From the human T2T-CHM13v2.0 reference genome, Homo sapiens, in assembly GCF_009914755.1 (NCBI RefSeq), contig NC_060935.1: a stretch of DNA of 64,000 nt; one strand, given 5' to 3'. The notes below the pieces were generated by a model, which saw nothing but the letters and a program-made list of their open reading frames with translations, was not told the origin of the DNA and did not search any database. This document shows positions 58,916 to 64,000 of this stretch, piece after piece. Positions within the stretch are counted from its first letter, which is position 1. Each line of letters starts with the position of its first letter. Made by a program: the position numbers and the translations under genes.

Positions 58916-61214
58916 ATATAGTAGTTATTCCGTAAGTCTTGCAGTGAGTTAGTAGCAGTAATAATAACTATTATGATAAATATTATTTTAGCTAAAAATT
59001 TGGAATACTTCTACATTCATCATGTTAGAACTTAAAGGAGCCATTGAATTGCCCTCCTTTTGGATCCTGACTCAATTAGAGTCTACACATGGGAGTCAGA
59101 TATGAAAATTACTAGCATTATTGCTGGTGAATTTAGATTTGAGAATGTGGTTTAGAGATGCTTCTCTGTTCCTTTCCTCTGAGGTGAAGTCACTCAGATA
59201 CAGTACAGCAATGGGATAACTCTCCTCTCCCCTTCCCTTTCCACAGCCATGAACAGCTTCAGCATCCTTATCAATCACATAGACTAGAAAAGGATGTTTT
59301 GGACTAACATCAAGGCCATCACAATAACTCTTTTTATAATCTCTCCAATCCATTCACCCTCCTGAGATAGGATGATGGAAGGTGTAGGAAGAACACCTCA
59401 AAGTGTCCTTCAAAATCTTTTCTTCAGTCATTCAATCCTCTGCCTCCTTTGTAGCATGCTTGGTACTCCCTTGGAACAATGTATGTGTTTCAGAAATCTC
59501 AGTCCTTTTTAATTTCCTCCTCCCATTTTGGACCCTTTCCATGGCCAAATATTTTCTCTATGACTTTTAAAATATCTCAAAAATCAATTTTTTTCTACAA
59601 TGAAAATAAGAATAAAGAAATTGATACAATTGCTAGAAACTTTAAAGAAGGTTGTAATGATGCTTTGAAAATATTGGGAGATCTTTTATCTTAAAATCTT
59701 ACAGAGTTTTATTAATTTATTCTCAATAAAAATTACAACTTTGAAGAAATGCTGTCAATAGAAATTGCATGACACCAGGAAAGTAAGTCATGACCATGAC
59801 TACTTCTTATCTCATCAACCACTATTAACCTACTATCCAACTCCATTCTTTTTACCTAGGCACTGAGTGTTCCTCTTGTGCCTTCTTCATATGAAATATG
59901 AATATATATATATGCATTACAACATATATATATCTTTTTCATATATATTTTTATATCTGTAAAATTGTAAAACTGTCTGAAACATAATTACCCATAAAAA
60001 TAATTACCCAGTTAAACATCTTAACAAACCCATGTGGCTTGGGGTGTTTCTAGAGTCAACCCAGAAGTAGCTACGAGAATAATATTTTAATTGAAACCTA
60101 GCTCTTGCTGTGTTCCTGGAAAACATTATTTCATTCTTCCGAGCTTCAGCGTTTTCATCTGTACCAAATAAGGAGTAATATATATATCACAAAGATACTG
60201 CACATGTTAAATAAACTTTGTTTTTCATTGGCAGTAAATGTGGCTATCCATTTGTAAATCCTTTGCACACCTATGGCTGTTATTTAATAAACATTCAGAA
60301 GTGATAGTAGTTTTCAGAGTAAGAGTTGCAACGTATGTGCTGTGCTATCAGATAAGGTAAAGAAAATGTTAAAAAAAATTTGCAGGTTTTACAATTCTGT
60401 GTAAAATTCTATGTAATTGCTTTGTTCTTTCACAGGAGCCCCATCCAGCTGAACAGAGATGTGGTAAAACAAGTTTTCAAAATATGTTTTCTATAGTGAG
60501 TGTGCTATAAATCTAACTAATTCTGCTTCTCCAACTTGAATTTAGGAAAGCCCGGAGATAATTTAAAACACCAAAAACATGTGTATGGAATACATAATGT
60601 TGAAGATTATTTTCACACATAAGTGTAAAGTAATTCATATTCAGTCAATTTTTGCACATTTGGTTTGGTCGTTCACTTTCAAAGTTCTATAATGAACACA
60701 ATTTATCTCCTTAAGTGAAGAAACATAATTTCTTCACCAAATGTTACAAAATGTTACAAAAAGTGTTACAAAATTTAAAAATGACATTACAGTACAGCTT
60801 TCACCTATTTCAGTAAACCAACTACCCAGAAACACATTTTTAAGAATGACAAAGTAAAGAGTATATGCAGATTTTTAACTGTAGCAGCATTTTTGTCCAC
60901 CTTGACAAGTGCTTTTGTTTTTGCTTTGCCTGTTTGTGTAAACTGGTAGGTAAATAATTTGCACATTTCTCCGTTTTTAGAAAAAAATTATGGTGACCAA
61001 ATACCTTTAATTATTGCATTACCTAGTTCTGTATGTCAAGACATAATTACATATTACATGGAGTGGTTAAATATGGCTTCCTTTTAAAGAGTAGCTTTGG
61101 ACTTAGAATAGCCAAATATTTAAATAACCTATTTTGGTTGGTCTTCTTCTTTAGGAAATACATTCAGACTTTAATCCCTTTTCTCCTTCCAAGATCTGGT
61201 TCTAGTTGGTGTAA

Positions 61215-62811
<1,597 letters not shown>

Positions 62812-62816
<5 letters not shown>

Positions 62817-64000
62817 GAACTGACCATAAGGGGTCAAGCCCTGCCAATTCCTCCATTATTCCCCACAAGATTAGACAGAACTAGGCCCCTTGGGAAGTGC
62901 CCTGGAACACAGGGAAGTTGGATGTCTGCCATGGGCTCTCTTTTCTCCACTAGAGAACGCAGGCCCAAGAAATCCCTTTCAGTGTGACACTGTTTGGTCG
63001 GGAAAGAAGCAACACAGTCAAAGTGAAACTGCTCCCCTTACACTTCTAATATGACTTTTCCCAGTTTCTGTGCTCCAAGAGTGTGCCCCACCTCACCCTT
63101 GGGTTATGGAATTTTTACCTAGGCATTCTTATCTGTGAGAAGTTGCTAACTGGTCATTCTGTTCTGGAAACCAGAACTGAGCACCTCCTCTTCTGCCATC
63201 ACGCTCTACAACAAGTTTTTAACTCCTTGCTTTTTCCTACTTTTATTTTTAAATTCTACTATTATAAATAAGCATCCTGTAATTATATATCCTGAGATCT
63301 GAATTAAACTGGGCATACAAAGTTTTTGTTAGCTTATTTTCTCAATGTAATAGCAACAATTGCTTATCATGGAAAATTTGGACATAGCTATTAATAAGTT
63401 TTGTTTCTCTTTATCCCTGATATTTTACAAGATATCCATATGTAGCATTGGATATGTCTTTGCACATAATATATTACACAAAATGATTTACCTTTTTCTT
63501 AACTAGGAACATCCTCACTTTAATAGCTGTATAACATTCTAAGAAAAAAAAATTAAACTGTACTTTACACTTTCCTTCATGATCAAGGCTGATGACATTC
63601 TAGTTATTTAGAAACACCTTCTACCCCATCTGGTAGATGCCTGTGCTTTACCAGTTATCCAAAGCAGGCAGTCCTCACTTTGAGATTTTGTAATATCTAA
63701 GTAAGAACCATGCAAAACAAGACACGTTTGCCATATAGAAAGGTTTCTGTTACATGGTACGGTGCTAAGTGGGAGCTACTTGTATTTCGAACATCATTTG
63801 TTTGCTTTTTCTTGATTATAAAATGAACACCATGAAACTCTTCACACAAGTTTCTAATTATGCCTTCAGTAGATTCTTAAATTTGGAATAGCTGAATAAA
63901 ATTATAGAAACATTTGACTCCTTAAAATATTAATAATATTGTATTTATTTCTAGAAAAATTTTATACCATTAATCAACCAATGTATGAACGTGCTAGACT
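62812..64000 (+). repeat. Local duplication, copy B (paralog of 25997-27242); runs off the window end
   Basis: Colinear identity with copy A. Confidence 0.95.

Noticed and set aside
59096-59480. Coding-looking minus-strand segment with an 85-aa ORF
   Set aside because: No recognisable homology, poly(A) or TSD. BLASTX would be needed to test for a decayed retrocopy.

Overview
Human-type primate genomic DNA from an olfactory receptor (OR) cluster, recognised from memory as the family-5 cluster on 11q12. It holds one intact OR (OR5M10, 32706-33653, -) and one OR pseudogene broken by a single +1 frameshift (probably OR5M13P, 53404-54343, -). The rest is mostly transposons: two near-full-length L1PA elements, nested older L1s, a complete MSTA element, solo ERV1 LTRs, an internally deleted ERV-L, 14 Alus and a MADE1. 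I found no convincing novel gene or biological system. The best unexplained signals are: (1) the two 6-kb L1s flanking OR5M10 share the same disabling mutations despite unrelated flanks; (2) a ~40-bp L1 3' transduction; (3) a ~1-kb retroposed polyadenylated fragment; (4) an old local duplication whose two copies differ by a MADE1; (5) a ~240-bp inverted paralog pair. Gene symbols, repeat subfamilies and consensus comparisons are from recall, not database searches.
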